Positions 11,901 to 26,900 of a DNA stretch of 64,000 nucleotides are shown here, piece by piece. Below the pieces are notes generated by a model. The model had not been told where the DNA came from, did no database searches, and saw only the letters and a program-made list of their open reading frames with translations. The DNA is taken from the NCBI RefSeq assembly GCF_002571385.2, contig NW_019217851.1:346971-410970 (forward strand), written 5' to 3'. The position numbers were made by a program, and so were the translations under genes. Source of the DNA: Stylophora pistillata (lineage: Eukaryota). Position 1 is the first letter of the stretch. Each line of letters begins with the position of its first letter.

Positions 11901-14900
11901 GTCTTTCCAGACGAACAACATCACTGCAAAGGAATTTAACACTTATTCCATGAACGTTTATCTTCGCTTTAAATTAAGATTAAAAAAAAATCGGTTAAGC
12001 CTTAGTTCTCCATCTTCACGCAAAGGCTCAAATATCCTTAACCTTTAAAGTGCAGGATCGTAATTACAACTGTCTGCCAAGATAGAGAACTCTCAGCCTT
12101 CGTACGGCTTTAAATAAAAAAAATCAACTCGTTAGGAAATAAGAAGAGTTAATTTCAAGAAATTCCAGCAATGACAAGTCACAATACCTGAGCAGCTGAT
12201 CCTCCAGGCCTGACTTGGTGACAGTGAAGTTAATGATGGTCACTTTGATGCATACTTCAGGTAGATAATGAGGATTGGCGAGTTTAGTTGTCATATAAAA
12301 CCTGCCGAGAAAACATGTTGATTGCAGTTAATGGTCGACATTTAACAATTTGTTATCATATTTATCAAACGTTGCTGAGCTTAGTTTTGGGAATGACAAA
12401 GGTAATATTTTAACTCTAGGAGTTATTGTAACGGCAGCCAAAACAAATATTCTCCAAAATTGAAGTTAAATGTAAAGTTATAAATAACAAATAACATACT
12501 TGAAGTTCTTGTCATAGTCGATATCACTATCACCCAGACGGATTAACAGACGTCCACCCTACACAAAAGAAGGAAATTAGCATCACCAAAGAAAACAGGG
12601 AAGCTACATCATTATGCGTACAACACGGCTTGTTGTGGTGATTTCACCAAATTCTCACTTAACCTGTGTAAAAGTCTGTTTCAACAGGATTGGTTCCAGA
12701 GCAGGATCCAGAGTCTCGCCAACTTCCTCTAATAGCACAGGCATACCAATACGGATACAGTTCTCAAGAGTACGCAGGAAGTTCTGGTCAGTAAGCTTGA
12801 CCACTTTAAGACCATTCTTGGCTTCTTTGGCTCGGATCCATCGATTGGCCTAAAACAATATGACAGAAAACAAAAAAGAATGCTTCCTTCAACAAAGTTG
12901 CGACAGGACCTTCAGTAACAGGTATCTTTCTGTTTCCTTTGCTCCTCATGTAAAGTCTCTTTACTAGAATTATCATTTTCTTTATTACACTTTCTATAAT
13001 TTTGCTCTGATGAGGGTCTCTCTATGTGTCTGTCCGACTGACCTCTCTCCGCTAGCTAACTCGTTCAATTGTTTGTGTTTCTGTAGGTCTTATTTAAACT
13101 AACCTGATCCTGGGGATCAATCATTAAAGGCCATCGCCGACCTCTGGTCACCAAAATCGCGTTCTCTATTGACACCTTCAAGAAAAAGTAAAGTAAACGT
13201 GACATGGAACTGGAGAAGTCATGGCTACAAGACGGCTTAGGTAGCAACCTGGGAAATGTGCAGGAATGGCGTGATGAAAGGGAGCGGACTAGACAACTTG
13301 AGAGCTCTACCAAGAAAAATCACTAGTTTTAAGCATTTTGAAAAAAGGACTAAAAAAGTGGGGATCCAAACCACTGACTTCCGTGGTTGAGCTAACAAAT
13401 TAGCAGTTACAAAAAAAAAAAAAGAAACGTTTGTACAACAAAAAAAAGTGTGAAAGTGCGAGTCAAATGTTGCATGCTTCTTTTAAGAATAAAAATGACA
13501 TGGTACGTCCAAAGGATGCAACAGCATTGGAGAGAGGAGAAAATCTGAATTGAGGTATATCTCACGACCTACTTTCGGAACACTATCCCAACTTACCGAA
13601 TCCCTCGGAAGCCCATCAGCATTCCACTGTCTAATTTCAAAAGGATCTGCCAGCACATTGATGAGACTAAAGTCGTCTGACACAGGAATTTCTAATTCTT
13701 TACAGCGTTGAATCCAAGATGAGATAAGCTCCTGGCGGTAATGACTTGTAAATGCCCCAAAGTAAGCCACACAAGCTGCCGCCACGAAAACATTTCCGAC
13801 CACGTTACCAATCTCCAGTTCAAATGCCTGTGATTTGAAAAAGGAAGGAAGCATTAAACCTCACTGGATGATTTTAAGAAAAAACTTCCTTTCCCTCCCC
13901 ATCCCTATTTCAGAGGAGTTCACCTTCTTACGAGTGATTCTCATAACAACAGTCCAGATTCTGAAAGAGACTCCACTTAGATCGATGATAAAATACAACG
14001 GCGTTTGAACTTTGTGATAAAGCGAGCCTTAGCCGTACTACAGGCCACGCGTGAATAAGAACAATCTGATGACGCCTTACCGCTACATTCTCTGTCCAGC
14101 GTCCCTGTTCGTCTCCTAGGGCTGTTGTCAGCTTGGATGCCCTCTTCAGACGAGCCGCGGTTTGTGCGATGTTCTTGGTCAGCGTTTCCTTTTCAGCAAT
14201 ACTATTGTCATAAGCTGCTTGAAGCTCTGCAATCTTTGGTTGGAAAAATGTAAGTATTAATAATAAAATAGTGCATACTCATTCAAAATATCGTCTGACG
14301 GCCTCCCGGTTAGCTCAATTGGTTAGAGCGCCGGATTGTGTTGTGCGGGAGGTCGAGGGTTCGAGCCCCGGCCGGACCGATACTCATGGTCTTAAAATAA
14401 GTGAGGAGAATTTGCCACCTTTCTATAATCAAGAAATGGATAGATATTCTAGTCTTCTCGGATAAGGACGAATAAACCGTAGGCCCCGTCTCCTGCAGGG
14501 TTAGGGGTAGGAGACGTTAATTTCCCACGCACGAGAATACTGTGTTGTGGATGTCCTCCCTTGGGGTGGGATGGGTGGGAATTGGCCCTGAAAAGCCCCC
14601 ATGGGGAGTGGTCANNNNNNNNNNNNNNNNNNNNNNNNNNNNNNNNNNNNNNNNNNNNNNNNNNNNNNNNNNNNNNNNNNNNNNNNNNNNNNNNNNNNNN
14701 NNNNNNNNNNNNNNNNNNNNNNNNNNNNNNNNNNNNNNNNNNNNGTGCACAGTCGGTATCTGAAAGTCGACTGACTCTCAACCATTACATCTAATTTCAG
14801 TGCATATCGTAACAGCTACTTTTTACAGAGTTCGTAGATATTTCCTGCATAGTAAATTCAAGTACAAATTATAATTGTCATTTTAAGCAGTTCTCAAAAC

Positions 14901-17900
14901 CATGAAATTTTTCAAGTTTTGTTCAAGGTAATTAATGTCTATTCGGCTATCTTAGAAGAATCTCACCCAATAAATTTTTTTTCCATCCAGGTACTGAAAT
15001 TTAGTCGGAAAACTTCAACCTCTTTTCAAGACTTAAGAGCCCCACATCAAACTTAAGGGTTTGATATTCGTACTCAAGGGGCATTGACAAAAATGAAAAA
15101 CAAATACTACCTCGACGGTCAACCACAAGTAATCTGTAATACAAAAGAAAATTTTCAACCCCGAAGAGAGGATCTTGGCCTCACATCGTATCGTTTTAAG
15201 TATGATACCTTTTCCTCAACAGCAGCTAAACTATCTTGCTTTTCTTTTAATGTCGCCATAACAGCATCTAATTCCACCTGAGCAGCAGCGAGTCTGAAGA
15301 AAGATAACGAGTGATTAACCTTTTACAGCCTAACATCAGTATGCTTATTCTCCACACTGTTCTCTATACATTTCCTGTGGTGTTGACATGGAGAATTTGT
15401 TAACTATCACGAGCTTCTTAAATTGTTGATTATTTGCTTTATTCTCGTAACCTTAATGTTTGATCCAGAGGTGATATTGTAAGGAGAAATTAGATGCGAG
15501 TCACTCTCGGAGGTTACATGGCTGGGGATGGCTCAAGAGTTGGCGTTAACATGCATCGCAGCATTCATGTTTGTTAACTGTCTGTTGGCAGACAACACTT
15601 CCATCAGCCACGTTCATCATTAACCAAACGTGCCGCAATCACTGACTAGCGTAACATTTGTTGATAATCATATTCAAAGTCAAATAACGTAACTTATGAG
15701 AACACTGAGAATGCTGTTGTTTGACTAAATACAAGATACCTTTTGTTCTTGGGCTCCACCGTGCGGAACACTCGAGCATACAAATCCATAGCGCGAACCC
15801 ACATCACCATGGACCGGCACGCCTAACGAAACAAGGTCCGTTAGACAGTTGATTAGAAAATTAAAGGATCACCGCTACAAGCACCCAGCTATCTAAAATG
15901 ACCTTGACCTATAAATTACTTTAACTCTTCCTACCAACCTCAAAGCTGGCAAAAGTTCCTCCTCCCCCTCTTCCCCCTTCGTGTTTAATGAAACGGCTTT
16001 TCATCTTTATTTTCAATGTCATCATTGGGGGGAGGAAGAGAGATAGCTGAATCAATATTAAAACACCAATACCAAGATCATTCGTAGGAGATATCAAGTG
16101 AGGGTCTTCTCTGTTTGTTTTTAAAAGGTGGCCCAAATAACTCTACCTAGGAGGATTGTAGAGGCGTTGATGTGACAAAAGAAAGCATGAAAAAGTCGTG
16201 GTGAACGTTCCTTGCTGAGGATAGATACCACGGAAAGCAATAAGTCAGTTAATATGTTCTGTTCCACGCTTAATACAAACGGATCTACTAACAAGATTTT
16301 GTTACGGACAGGGAAATAGTAACGAGCGCAAAATGATTCAGCTGCTAAGCACTCGTCAGAACTAATATTCGAGAAAGGAGTTGCTACTTCAAATATTTAA
16401 CAACCAATATCTTCTTCAACAAGGAGCAAATGCATCAATATACAGTTTACGTCTAATAAAGCTGATTAAGGGCTAATTAACCCACCTTCGATACTTTCTC
16501 CACATTTTCTGGCGTGAACTTGGGGTTTTCTATGTACTTTTTCAGTTTCTTCAAAGTAGAATCCGGAATATTGTCCTAGAAACAAGACAAGCAGATGTAT
16601 ATAATGATTAGTATAAATATTTTGTGGCAAAATCAAACTATTGCACAAGCAGAGGAGCAGAACGTCTTGAAAAGAATATCTTAAAAGAATTAAGATTCTG
16701 CAAAGAAGGTAGAGGATGAAATCTTAATTACATGGCAGGCACATACTTCTAGTTACACGACAAGCAAGCAATGGTGCATCACAAATCTTAAATAAGTGAT
16801 GACTTCGCGGTGATTTGTACTGCTTGGAATACCTTATTCAACTAGCTAATACTGTATGTTTGTGAAATAAATACTATCAAGAGCAAGAATTAAAACCACC
16901 TTTTTGGAGAGACTTGTAAAAGACTGCGTAATCATAAGAATCTAATTTCACACGAGTTTAAATATGAAGTATTCAGTACCTTGTTATATTCCATAAGCCT
17001 GGTCAAAAACTTAGCGTCACCAAGCAAAGACTTTGCTGCTGCCCAGTCAGGCCTGAGGAGTACATTAAAATTTAATTAACAAACTAACAAACGACGAAAA
17101 GTAACATTCTTTGAAAGCAGTCACTAAACATTGGCCAAATAATTTCACGAAAATCAACACGTAAGTAGGGAAGAATTCATTAAAGAAGGTCGCAGTTAGT
17201 GGCCAAAAGACTAATCACCTTGTCAGTCAGATTTCTACAAATTATGTCATCGGAGCGTGGAATGAACATTTTTTTGCTTCGATTTCTAAATCAAGCAAAG
17301 AAATTATTCACGCGGGTTTTCTGCAGTTTAAGCAATTGCTGAAAAGAAGCCTGGAAAATGTCAAGGTTGGACAGGATCCGAACCCGTACCTCCTAGATAC
17401 TATGGTTGGACTGTGCTAAAAACTCAGCCACCAAGCCACATTTTGGAAATTGAATAGTTTCGCAAAAACTTTCCTATATAAGGTGACTGATGCTGACATG
17501 AATGAAGCTTGAAAAAATTTGCGAATTTGGCAGAAGGCCCTCGAGAAATAATAGCATCTCCCAAAGCCACCTTCGGTTGTGTTCTCCTAACATGAACATC
17601 TTCCACATACAGAATCAAACTTACTTTGCATTTAACAAAATACAGATGGACTCCATAACCGTCATGACGAGCTCAGGGGGACTGGTGAACACACGTAACT
17701 CGGATATATCGGACTTGTCCAATGAGTCAAGGGCCTATAAGTGACAGAGATAACCAGTTATCTTCAAACTTCACTGAACTTGCGGTTTTTTTTATCAGCA
17801 CAGCCAAGAAAGGAAGCAAGTAGAGGTAAAGAGGCTCAAACTGAAGGACTTCATTGTAGACAATGCGTAGTGTTATATTCTACTTCGCTACCCCGCTCAA

Positions 17901-20900
17901 ACGAATATGATAAAACATTTATCATTCAATAAGCAACCACAATTGAGGTGTGTCAACACGAGTCGTATGCAACCCTCTTTAGTATACCTTCATCAATAAA
18001 ATGGATAGGAATGGTACATCAACAGAATGAAAACTCGGAAATGTAAAATAGAGCAAGAAAAACCACCCTACAAAACAATCTAAACTATGTTCGTATATGC
18101 AAAAACTACTCCTTAGAGAATCTGATGATCCCTAGTCACTGACTATTTAATTTTGAGGGCGTAGGGACGGTCGTAGGACGCGAATGAATATAAATGACAA
18201 CAACTCGAATATATAGCCTACCGCTAATGAAGTAATTGTAACAACATACCATGTAACACCCCAAAGAAAGGGTTACGTAACCCATGATAAATACATGTAC
18301 TTTCAACTGATTGCAATTCAAGTCCATTTTATTACTACCCCCCTCTCCCACCATTTAGGATTTTGTCACGTTTCCCTGACCAATTTATACTCCTTACCGG
18401 AGTGAAGAGAGGCACCGTGGAAACTTAAGGGTCTCTCTAAATAACAAAACGCAATAACCCCCCGCCGAGACTCCAACTAGGGGCTCTCTCGATTCAGCGT
18501 GAAACACACTAACCTACAAACCAGCAATGCAATGCTGTATCATTAATTTTCATTTTCTTCCAAAGCTATAATTCAGCCTAACTTAGAGGCAGTCTAAACA
18601 CATACCTTGTTGGCAGCCTCCAGAGCAGGTAAGGCCTCGTCCAAGTCTTTCTGTGCTTCTGCTGCAATAGCTTGGGTTTCATCTGCCTTTCCTTTGGCTA
18701 CTTCCTCTTCCGCTGAAACGACTTTTCTCACCTGAAGAAATGAGTGGAAAACTCAAATTGTCCAATTGGTTATAATAGAATAAAACCTTACTTGAAAGAG
18801 ACTCCGAGCCATTTAATGGTTAACTTAAAGAAGGGAAATTTTGAACGTATATAGTTAGAACATTATGGAAAGGAAATGAGGCAAAACTATCTATAGATGT
18901 TCTTATACAAAAGTGAAGCGTCTAAAAATTGTACTATCATCACATTCTCAAATCCAAGTGCCAACCATCGTAATAAGCGAGAAGACAGACGAACGCAGCT
19001 AAATAACAAAGGTACAGAATATATGTGTAATTTATCTCACACAGACCTTGTCAGCTTCCTCCTGATCAGTCTGTAGTTTGTCCATGAGCTTTTCTACATC
19101 AAGTGATTTCTGTTTCAACTGTGGTTCTAAAGCCACTAACTCCACCTGCATGTTATCTACTAAGTCGTTAGTTTCTAGAAGCTTCTTCAAGCCATTCTTC
19201 ACGCGGTCACGTGCACCAATCAGCTGTCTGTAAAATATGCGGGTGTTACAGTTAGTTAAAACACAACGGAGTGATAGCTATCCAACCTCTTCGCTGATGT
19301 AAACAAAAAATGAAGGCTACTGAAAGTATGAAGCAAAAATAGGAGTGTTGAAGGGGTAACCAGTCGTACAAATATCTATTATTATCACTTGTCGGGCACT
19401 GTGGCGCATTTTGCGCGCTAAAATGTATTTAACTCCGCTTCACCTACGCGAGATTGTTCAGACTAGTTAGTTGTCCATGTTTTTAAAGTCTTTTGTTTTC
19501 TCAATGATAATAGTGGTAATACAGTTTCTGTTCTTGAGCATAAATATGTTTTTGGGCCCTCTTAGAGTCATTTCAACATAACTCTGAGTAGGGCCCAAAA
19601 TATATTTATCCCCAAGAACAAAAACTCTACTGTTTAAAAGTAAATTATTAATTAGACAGCATCACACAATCAACTTCGACCTTTTCAAAAGAGAAATAGA
19701 GAGCTGTGATTGATGTTCGCTACACTTTGGTGACTCTAAGACAGTAAAAATACTTCACCTTCGTTTGTCGTCTAACATGGACAGATACAGGTTAATAAGC
19801 TCCAGATAACTGGTTGGGGTTGTGTAATATCGGCGACGCAATTCAGCGTAAAACCTGTCCGCCATAGAGCTAACACTCGTGTGGATTTCAACACACATTT
19901 CGGCCACTCTCTCCTACAATAAAATCACGAAGTAAACAGTCTAAAAAAACATTAACAAAGGATTTTGTTGAGCACCCCGGGTTTAAAAAGAAGACCACGA
20001 GCCAGCCACTAGAAACGCCTCAAGAGCCTCTAAGGATGGTTAACCTTGACATCACCAAAATGCTTAGCAATGCTATTTAAATGACAACAAACCCAAACTT
20101 ATAATACCGCTTGAAAATGAAAATGAACAAAATGCAGCTCATTCTAACCTTAACATCTCCTGCACCCAAGTCCACTTCTTCGAAAAAGTTCTTGGAGACA
20201 GACAATAAAGCCTCCCTACCAAAAAACAAGGTGTTTTGAAACGGTCAGCCAGCACAGATACTGTTTGCCAACCAGAAATAGCACAATACAAATAAGTCGC
20301 CTTTTTCAATAACTTTCGAAACAAATCCATGAGGTTTTGGCGATTAGAGATGGCAATAGGAAGTAATCTGCAAGTAGCTGCAAACACGCTTATCCCCAAA
20401 TTGTAAAACACACAGTCTTATTACAAATGATTTGTATCAATAGCAGGCAGATTGAGAGATAATCAGACATGAAAAATTTTTCAGAACAGGCATTTTATTT
20501 GATACATCAGCCTTGCGTCAATTCCCTCCATTCTCTGTTTCTTAGCTGAGCCTGGACAACTTGCTCGCTAAAGATTTTCCCTGATTTTCATTGGCTAACA
20601 TTAGTGAGGAAGTTAAGTTTCATTAACTAGTAGCATTTAATGTCTAAATTTCATTTGCTCTTTCATACAAAACGCTTGTAAATGGAAAATTCACCAGCCA
20701 AATGAAGCAACAAATAAAGGTTGTTAAGAACCAATCAGACTACAGCATTTTTTATGAGACTTAGACAATAACAAGTTGATATCAGCATTAGTGTTGTTTT
20801 GGTGATAGATACTGAAGTTATCCAAAAGTACGCTGACCGGACTTAGAACATGGTTATGATTATGATCCAAGTGTTTCACTAAACTGACCTTGGCCATTCG

Positions 20901-23900
20901 GTGAACCAGTCAATAGTACAACAGTTCACCAGAGAGGGGAACATACGGCAGCGAGTACGGAACGCATCTCCCACAGGACTCATGCAAAGTACTACATGAA
21001 GGTTATTCCGAACACGGCTGATGAAGTGATTGAACACGGCATCCCTGAGATTGAAGAAAATATCGAGAAATTTAAAATCTGTGCAACAACATAACAGAGC
21101 CATAGATGATAATGGACAAATAGAAGAGAGCTGTGAGGTTCAGCGTCAGATCCAATATTCACCTGTCGCCTTCAGGAACACCAGCCTCCTTGGCGTGAGG
21201 TCGGGTTCCAATCAGTACTTGTTCATACTCCTCTGGCTCAAACAGGTTTGGGACCTGATGACAAACAAAGTGCACATTTTTATTTTACCCACGTTGGTTC
21301 ATTAACACATCGTAACATTTTTTAAAAATTCAGCGAAGTAAGGAGTATTTAATAGGACAGTTAAAATTTAATCACAAATCTTCACAAACACTTCAAACAT
21401 TCTCTGTAAATGGACAACAGAGCAATTAAACAATAGTCATATAAACTATTAAAAACATTGATACTGGTTAATATTAACATCCAAATATTATTATCAATAA
21501 TTAATAGTCAATAATATTAAATATTATTAACAATATTGGACAAAAGTCATATAAACAAGTATCATAAACATCACAAATACCTCCCCAGAGTTCAAGATGT
21601 TATTGATGTCTTCCAGGAATTCCTCAACAACGATCTGCACAAAATTGAAATTACATAAATATTTTATAATAATAATATGAGCCTCATTCTGCGAAATTTG
21701 TTGATATAGCTTTATGTTTCTCTCTCAGTGTAATAACACATGTCATTGTGTGGTAGCAAAGTATAAGAAGTGGAGCAATCTCTAGAGCCGATAAAAATCC
21801 ATGATTATGATAGCTTTGCTTTATTTGAAAACTCACGCCAACCTCTGAGCAATTGGATCATGAGAAAAATCATGACTAGGACAGTGCTCTCGTCCAGCAC
21901 TTCAGGCGATTTACTTCTATTTCCTTCACAATCTCATTGGTTCCTTGTGAAAAATTCTTCTTTTTTGAGATTGACCAATGTAATTACTTAGTTTTACAGA
22001 AGTCAGTCAAACCGCACTACAATGTATGACCGTGATATTCAACAGGGGTGCTTACCTGAGTATCAGTGAATAAGAACACTGTGTTTTTTCCTTCCACTCC
22101 AGCTGATGTGTACAATTTTTTAAGATCTTCCCGGAATGAGGAGTAATCGTAGCCACGAGTCAGCTCGATTTGAAAGCACAGGTAACCAGCCATATGACAT
22201 GCCAACCTAAGGAACAACGCCAGAATTGTTTTTTTCAAATAAGCTTAATGCAAGTGTTTCTTCAAAATTGTTTGTGTATGAATGCTCCTTAGAATTCAAA
22301 CAATTTGCCGTTACGACCTAAAAAAGCTATTTTGATAGTGAATCGATCACAACAATTAAAAAATCACTAACTTTAGCAATGAGAATTGTAGAGACGTTGT
22401 AAGAGAATGATCATGCAAGGCAAGTTACCTGGTAAGACTCTGTTTTCCTGTTCCTCCTACACCCACAAGCAGAGCATTCCCACGCGGCTGACGAACCATT
22501 CGGGCAATTCTGCAGAAAAACACACATTCATCAAACCCCAAATTGCTGGGAAGGAGCCATCAAAAAGTCTCACAAACAGTGTATGAACTAACAGCTGACC
22601 TTGAGACATGTTCTATGGCATCCATAAAGAACACAAGCTTCATTTCTTTAGAAGAGTTCATATTGTAGTCATCAAGATACTAAATAGAAAGACATATACA
22701 AATAAGAGTCACATCAGGAGGCGGTTTGGCCGAGTGGTTAGGGCGGGGGACTCCTATCTGGCAGTTCTGGATCTAGTCCTCTACCCCGCTTCTCACTGGA
22801 TTTGTTCTTGGTTAACCCGAGATCAACTCCGTGGCTGTGCTTTGTACATAGCCAACTGGTCTGTCTTCAGCCATTTGGGAATTTTAACATCATGGTCACT
22901 TATAATATTTGTTTCCAATTTGTTTGTATTGGCTTTGAAAAGCCCGATGGGGGAGTGGTCGAATTAATGCTATAATTACTATTACTAATATTATTATAAT
23001 AAGTATTACTACTATTTTTATAACCATAATCAGTTTCCTTAGAAGATTACTTCAAAGAGCTAAGTCAACATAGCTTGAGCCATTTTTATGACGTTTAGGA
23101 CTACCCCTTTAACTTACATGAGAGAACATAACATTACTTTGGTGAGAAAGAAAAACACTCGAGGCACAGATGAATGCTAAGGGCGATGATTCAATGAATG
23201 GCAAATTTAGGATCAAGACGTTGTCGTTTCTTTCATTATACGTGCATGAGATGGAAGTCTTTAAGATTCAACCCTTTTTACCATGATCATTGCTGTCATG
23301 GTTCGTATAACTTCAGACAAACAAAATTCAAGGACTTTTCAAGGACAAAAAATGGTTTTCAAGGACTAAGTTTTATTCATAAATCTAAACCATTTACGAT
23401 TGAATACACATTTGCCTATCGCTCAATTAAATTGAAAACAAAGGGAAATGAAAAAATCATCAACCAAAACATAGCCAAACCACTACATGTTTAAGTTTCC
23501 CCTTAAAACAAAAGCACACGGCGGACTACCACACATCGGAGGCCTTGCGCATGAAATTGAGGCACACATCCAACTTTGATTCATGTACCACTCACGTTTT
23601 ATACCGACCATTTTCGCTTTTTGGTAGTTACTAGTGGACAAATTTTCCATAGCAAAATTGTTTAATTTATCAGAAAAGCGATAAGGCGCACAGAAGTTGC
23701 TAAATTTCACGGACTTTTCATGACCTACTAGAGAAATCAAGTACTTTTCGAGGAATTAACCAAATTCAAGGACTTTTCAAGACGACCATTAAAATTCAAG
23801 ACCTTTTCGAGATTGTACGAACCATGATTGCTATATTGTTAAAGGTTACCTAGAACATTGGAGAAAGATTTAAATGAACTTACATCAGCCAGAAGATTTT

Positions 23901-26900
23901 TCACTTTTGAGATATCAGCCAGCTCTTCGTAGATTCTGTCAGACGGGTCTGCACCCATCTTCATAAAGTCTCCAAACAGAATAGGGGCCGTTTCAAATTT
24001 CTCAGCTTGCACATTCTGATTACAGCATAAAAGGACACACAAACACTATGTTGTTGAAAGTTAAAAAGGCATATACGGTTTACAGTTAATTATTTTTACA
24101 CTGCGGGCAGGACACGATGGCTGAATGGTTTGGGCGCTGGACTCTGAACCAAGAGGTCTTGGTTTTTAGTTCTGGCCAAGCAATAATGCTATGTACTTAG
24201 GGAAGACACTTTACTCTCGCCATGCCTTTCTCCATCGGGTAGTTAAAATGAAACCGTCAAACTGCCAGAGAGACCTAGCGAATTGCGGGGGGGTTGACAG
24301 TAAAGTACCAACATCCATCTTTTTGCTACCACACAAAGACATGTGTTATTACTCAGAAAGAAAAACATAAAACAATATCAACAAATTCACCTTACACTTT
24401 CTCTTTACAGTTCTGAGCTCCACAACTATAATTTTCGGTAAGTACAAGGATGATTATTGTTATAGGTTGCTAAATTTGGTTCGTTGCTGACAACGTTATT
24501 CATACCAAGAACTATACCTGGGAGAAGTGTTTCTGTGCCATTTCAGACAAAATGGCGTTGAAATAACGTTTGTCTTCTTTGTTAATTAGACGATCGTGAA
24601 ATACTCTTTGTGCCTCGTGACAGAACAGGCGAAAAATCTGTCCAGCGTCTCTAATAACTCCAGGATCCGCCTGAAGTACACCTGAGAAGAATGGTAACAG
24701 ATAGGTTAGCAAAAATCTTATTTTAAAAATCTTTGCTATGATAAACAAAGTCACCCACCTTAAAATGTGCAGAAGTGCTCATGAAACTAAAATGGTGAAT
24801 TGATTTTCGAAATGTCAAAACCATTAACTGTATTATAACTGACAGACCAACCTTGAATGCATTTGGACAAATCTCTCAAGTTGAACACATAGTGAGATTT
24901 TGCAGGAGTCGGTAACAGGTCTGTACTCATACGAACATAGATCTCAACACTAAAGAGAGCAAACATGGAAAAAATGAAGAAATAGAATATAATGCCAATG
25001 TAAGTAACGGCATCAACAGGCGGGTCATCAGTTTATGGCTTTATTCTGTAACAGTTATGCTAAAATATTTTGACAAACGTTTCCACAGCACAACATTGAC
25101 TTATGTAAAAAAAAAAAAAAAACCTCGCGATAAAGGTAAAACCAAACAGCAGAAGAAAAAAATAAACTCAGGACCAATAAAGAATATTAGTTCTAAAGGA
25201 TAGACACAAATTACAAATAATAAATTAACCCTTCAGTTGCATTTCCAAGATCCCATAAGTGATTCTCCTTACTGTCTGCCGTACAAGTGTCATGATGTTA
25301 GCTAAGACAATTTGGTCTGTGATCAACTGATGATCCCCTACTTGAAATTTTTCTCTATCATATTCTCTTCACTTGTCTGCTTGATATTGTTTTGATATTG
25401 CTAGGAGAAAAATTCTGTCTAGGTCACCCGTGGAAGTTAGAGGATTAAGAACCTAAACACAGAAACTGGAGATGCCTGTTCATGGATAACCTATATAATT
25501 TTAAAAGGGAAGCCAAAAAAAAAAATTTATACCTCGCCCCAACAATCGCATCTGCGCATCCCCTTACGTCTTGAGGAAAGTCGACTAAAAAGCCGCTAAC
25601 AATGGACTGAAAAAAGAAATGAAATAAATGTTTGTTGATAACTAACTCATAAATGGATATTTGATTAGTCCAAGGATTTGAAATAACATGCTTTCTGTTA
25701 CCTTGAAGATATGTTTCAGAGTGTGCTCGGCAGACGACGGAATACTGAACATACTGAAGTGACGTAAGAAACGAGGCGTGACTGGATTTCTACCACCCCC
25801 TGGGGGAGCACAGGCTGCACAGATAGTCATGTCCTGTCATGAAAATAATGATTAAAATCTCAATCAACTGAATTAAAAAGCTGAGGACAATTGATTGACC
25901 ACGACATAAGGTATGGCGTAGAACGGATGTGGTGCACTTACATGAATTTCCTTCCAGAAGAGTTTTTCTCTATCGTAAAATCCTCGAAAATCCTTCAAAA
26001 GAAAAGAAAATTCACATAATATATTGGTAGTCCTAAGTATTAACGTATACCCCATTCACACCAAAGGTTAAACATGTTTTAAAGCTGTTTTTTTACACAC
26101 GGTTTAATGTTGTTTTCTACATAGAAGCTGCTTAAACCGATGTTTGTCAACGTCAAAATTAGCACATTGGAAATAAAAAGTCAGTGACTACTTGAAACCA
26201 ATGGAAAATTCAATTTTTTTAAGTTTTCTGTTTCTGACTTTCATTCATGTTTTGCTGATCAGAATTGGGTCATAAATATGAAATCTTTTCCAACACAGCA
26301 CAAAAATATTAACATGTTCCACCTCTCCGCAAGAATTAGACTTTATCAAATAAATGTGAGGTTACTTGGTACTGCCTGAGTAACTCAATGGGAGGCTGTG
26401 CGCCATAAGTGTCCAGCTTTGGCATGTTCAAATCATCGACAAAGATAATCATTCTTTTTCCTGCCGGTGCACCTATTAAATGTAAACAAAACGTTGTTTA
26501 AAAAACTCCTTACAGTACTCTTAAAAGAATCAACAAAGAATCGCGTAACTCATGATGACTTCCGATCGATCCTAAGAAACTTTTTTCAAATCAAATCTTC
26601 TTCTGAGTCTGAAGAGTCTGTGACGTTTATTCAGTGATTAGTTTCTTGAATCATAGGGTTCAAATGATATAAACTTTCACCACGTCTAAATATAACAATG
26701 AACACAAACCTAAAATATTCTTCCGTTTCTTTTCCAGTTTGACTTCAATCATTTCCTGAGTTCGTTGGCTGCTTGTCTGAGCAGAGAAGTTCATCATGAT
26801 GGGAACATAGTTCGCCTTATCGCTTATGTCAGTCAGCAGTCCCTTGGCCACCACAGACTGCAAAATGATAAGAGTATAGAGTCTAGTTAGCCCCCTTTTA

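Noticed and set aside
13005-13025. Third hammerhead (gctCTGATGAgggtc)
   Set aside because: No downstream stem II closure or GAAA.
14300-14376. tRNA gene
   Set aside because: The anticodon arm is irregular and the sequence continues into a SINE body and tail shared with another element.
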